A stretch of DNA of 64,000 bases from Octopus bimaculoides (taxonomy: Eukaryota), in the NCBI RefSeq assembly GCF_001194135.2, contig NC_069000.1:29996799-30060798 (forward strand), read 5' to 3'. The notes beneath the pieces are model-generated. The model had not been told where the DNA came from, ran no database searches, and was given only the letters and a program-made list of their open reading frames with translations. Below, one piece after another: positions 60,512-64,000 of the stretch; the first letter of the stretch is position 1; every line of letters begins with the position of its first letter. The position numbers and the translations under genes are program-made.

Positions 60512-63500
60512 AAATCTCTAAAAAGTTTTGAGGGATTACATGGGATTCTTAAACCAGAATTCTGCCCTGGTGTATTCCAGTAGGTAGCTGTCCTGAGAAG
60601 AAAGGATTGGGTTAAGTATTGAGTCTGGGATTAGGAGATAGCAAGGGTGGACCTGGTTAAAGAGAGTATGCAACTAGTTTACAAACTGGAAGTCCGTTAC
60701 ATAGAGTTAACACAAGATGTATATGGTGTGTTATATAAGTAATATCACGGTGGCAGGCATGGCCAAGTGATTCAGAAGTTTGTTTCGCAGCCAGAACATC
60801 CTAGATTTGAATCCGACTGTGTAGCATCTTGGACAGCTTTTATTATAGTGCTGGGTCATCTTAAACCTTATGGGTAAAACTGAGTAGGCATAAAATGTGA
60901 AGTTATCAGATGGACTGCACCTGTAGTTCAAAGACATATCTTTACCAGACACTGTCATTCTGATTCTGCCTTGGGAATACTCATTCACTTCCAGGTAGTT
61001 CAATTAATCAATCAATCAATGGGAATTATTGCTATTGAAACAAGTGGAAAATTCATTTACCCTAATGAATATTGTTTATGTAGTGTGTGTGTGTCACAAG
61101 GGCAGGAACAAAATTATAGTGGAATTTAGACTTTATTATAAATGCTATTTTCCAAATTTGAAATCTCTTCCTGAAACCCAAGGATGGTAAATAATCTCAA
61201 TATCTTTCTTCTCTTTTAGTTTTTTCACTCTAACTTCTTGTTCTTTATTGATAGACACATTCTGCAAGGAGAAAGAATACTGTACTTTTCTAGTTGACTT
61301 TGAGTAAGAAAGACAGTTCCCATTGCTTTTTCACAGAACCTCCAAGGAAGTTCTAAGATTGGAGACCTAGTCCGAATACTTGTGACAAAGTAGACTCCCT
61401 TAAAGGTGCTCAGGCATGTAGTTGGGAGTGTTAAACTGGAAGATTATTGGTTGTGACATCCAAGGTTTGCTGTGGTGTAGAGGAAAATGTTATTTTCCTG
61501 GTACAGGTACTAGAAACAGCAAAGCATTAAACTGAATACTTGGCAATGTTTAGTTTCAACTGTCTGTATTCTGAGTTCTAATTGTGTCAAAGCCAACCAT
61601 GACATTATGGAGTCTGGTTAAATAGTCTACACTGCTTCTTCCTCCCAAATATATTTCTATGTCTGTGTTAAATATATTTTAAGTGTTAGGAATGACAAAA
61701 ATTGAGTACCCAAGAAAATACATTATCCCTGTGGTCTTTTCCCTGAAGTGAGCTCTCTGAATAATACTTGGTATGTATCTATATTTAACAACATACAGTA
61801 TACAGAGTAAAATAGCCATTCATAATTTGACAGACCTACCGGAATATTCAAAAGCTTCAATCCTGAAGTGGGAGTATTTAATGCAGCCAATAAAGCATCC
61901 ACACCGTCATACTGTACAAAGTTCCCTTGTAACTATAATAAATACAGACATGATTAATATATATCAGATAAAGGATTAATGGAGATGACATGATAATGCA
62001 TCAGCTTCACATTGGATGAAGAAAAAAATTAACTGTCCTTTTCAGAGAAAGATGTCGTCTCAGAAGAAGAATTACAGGTGAGGCAGAAAGGAAAGTTTCT
62101 CTCTCTGGGAGAGTGAATGTTAAGGGAAGTAGTTGGTAATTATGAAATGTTTTTAGTTAAGTATGAATGTAGATAATTAGAGAAAATTGAGTCAGATTTA
62201 ATTCATTTAGCTGACAGTTTCTGAACTGGAAGATTATTTATGATTTGCATTGGACATGGGAGAAGGAAGGGTCCACAGCTCAAATGAGAGGCAGCTTGTC
62301 ACGAGGTGTTCAGTTGGGCATCACTAAAATACTCTGTAAACCTACCTGTTAATCTCTGAGCCATTTACTGCACATCAAATAACCTACTTAGTTTGTATTG
62401 GATGTGTGGGGGTATTGAGGAGGATTGGATAGGTATGTTTATAAGAATTTATGTAGTAAAAGAATCTCAATTGTTTATTATGCAAATTGTGTGGGGTTGA
62501 GTTTAGATTCTCAATTTGAGTGGAATAATTATATTGACAAATACAGTTTGTTATGGTATCTATAAAAACTGGTTTATATTAGTAAATTCAATTATTCCTG
62601 ATAATTGATGTCACATTTTCTCTTGTAAGAAATACTGGCAAACAAAGTAAAAGACATGCTTTATATATGTATATAGAGGAGAGAGTGGATAAACAAGAAA
62701 AAGGTATTCAACACATTTAGTAGGAGTTACAGTTTGCTTCTGTTGTGTGAGACTTCAAGTTTAACCGGCTCCTAACAGGAGCTTGTCTCATGCTTTGGAT
62801 TCAAACCAAAGCATGAAAGAAAAAGGCTCCTCTTAGGGTCTCCACAAAACTTGAAGTCACATGGAACTGAATCAAACTTTTAAATAATATGTATGTATAT
62901 ATATATCATCATCATCATTTAACATCTGGTTTCCATGCTGACATAGGTTGAATGGTTGGACAGGAGCTGGACAGGAAGGCAGGAGACTGCACCAGACTTG
63001 TGTGTCTGTTTTGGCATGGTTTCTACAGCTGGATGCCCTTCCTAACACTGACCACCCCACAAAGTGGACTGAGTGCTTTTTATGTGGCACCAGCACAAGC
63101 AAGGTCAATTTTGGCATGGTTTTTACAGCTGGATGCCCTTCCAAATGCCAACCATTTTACAGCATGGACTGGGTGCTTTTTACGTGGCACCGACACAGGC
63201 AGGGTCACCAAGTAACTTGCAAGACAAAAAACTTTTGAGGGGAGGGGGCATTGGAGGAGGTGATCTTATGCTAGATGATGGGAGGTTAGAGTGTGACAGA
63301 CAGAAACAGTTGTCTTGTTATAGAGGAGGTACATGGTTACCTGGCCAGCGAGAGAGAGAGTGTGATCAAAAATGAGGACAGAAACAGGTGTGCTGCTGTA
63401 GAGGTATATGGCTACCCAGCCAAAGAGGAGAGCAAGAGAGAGGTGGTGGTGAAGTGCCAGAGCAAACCCTCAAGGTATGAAGGTCATAATATAAGGAGCA

Positions 63501-64000
63501 GGATATTGCCAAAGAAAAGTGAGTAGGAAGTAGAGACTTCACAGGGTGTTGGGGTGGGGAATGCAGTGACTGGTGAAAACCTAGGTATATAAAGGGGGTT
63601 TGGGGACTATGCGATAGCAATAATACAGTGAGGACAGGATTGGGGAGTGAGAGATAAGCATAGTGCATGAAAGGAAATGTGAGGAAGAGATGTAGTTTGG
63701 TTTGTTGGGGTAAGGGGTGTGAAAAGTTTAGTTGTTATGTGTGGGTGGAACACAGTGCTTCCAGAACTTGTTTCAGTTATTAGACTGTGGCCATGCTGGA
63801 GCACCGCCTTAAATTTTTTAGTTGAATGAATTGACCCCAGTACTCTAGAGTGGAAAGGAACAACATTTCTTGTATGACAATGATGTTTGTTTACAACTAT
63901 CCAATAATGTCAAGACAAGGGTACACAAGTGTATATATATTTATGACCAGCTTCTTTCAGTTTCCATCTATAAAATCTACTCACAAAGATTTGGTTGACT

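Noticed and set aside
62046-62077. Possible 32-nt micro-exon (ttttcag|...CAG|gtgagg)
   Set aside because: Isolated, with no partner exons or recognisable peptide. Such matches are expected by chance in 64 kb.

Overview
AT-rich, microsatellite- and transposon-dense eukaryotic DNA with six N gaps. The repeat families and gene content point to an octopus genome (inference). Two protein-coding genes are supported. (1) Minus strand: the first two coding exons of a kinesin-3 motor gene (STARD9/KIF16B subfamily; 14021-13975 and 4887-4818), which continues beyond the window start. (2) Plus strand: a complete spliced TatD-domain nuclease gene (TATDN2-like; exons 48124/48172-48353, 48418-49688, 52313-52481, 52657-52786, 53483-53695, 56901-57041; about 701 aa). 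The ~30 kb between them holds relics of mariner, Tc1, DD37D/maT, pogo, hAT, piggyBac-type, Helitron, RTE, CR1, Penelope-like and copia elements, plus several SINE families. Most notable findings: a 187-bp piece of the large TATDN2 exon duplicated in frame upstream, where it forms a likely new first coding exon with an acceptor built at the broken end of a MITE; a structurally complete type I hammerhead ribozyme in a Penelope-like terminal repeat (23166-23260); an ~87-bp degenerate tandem array upstream of the kinesin; and near-identical inverted retroposon pairs that could form dsRNA. All family assignments come from motif recognition by eye; no database searches were run.
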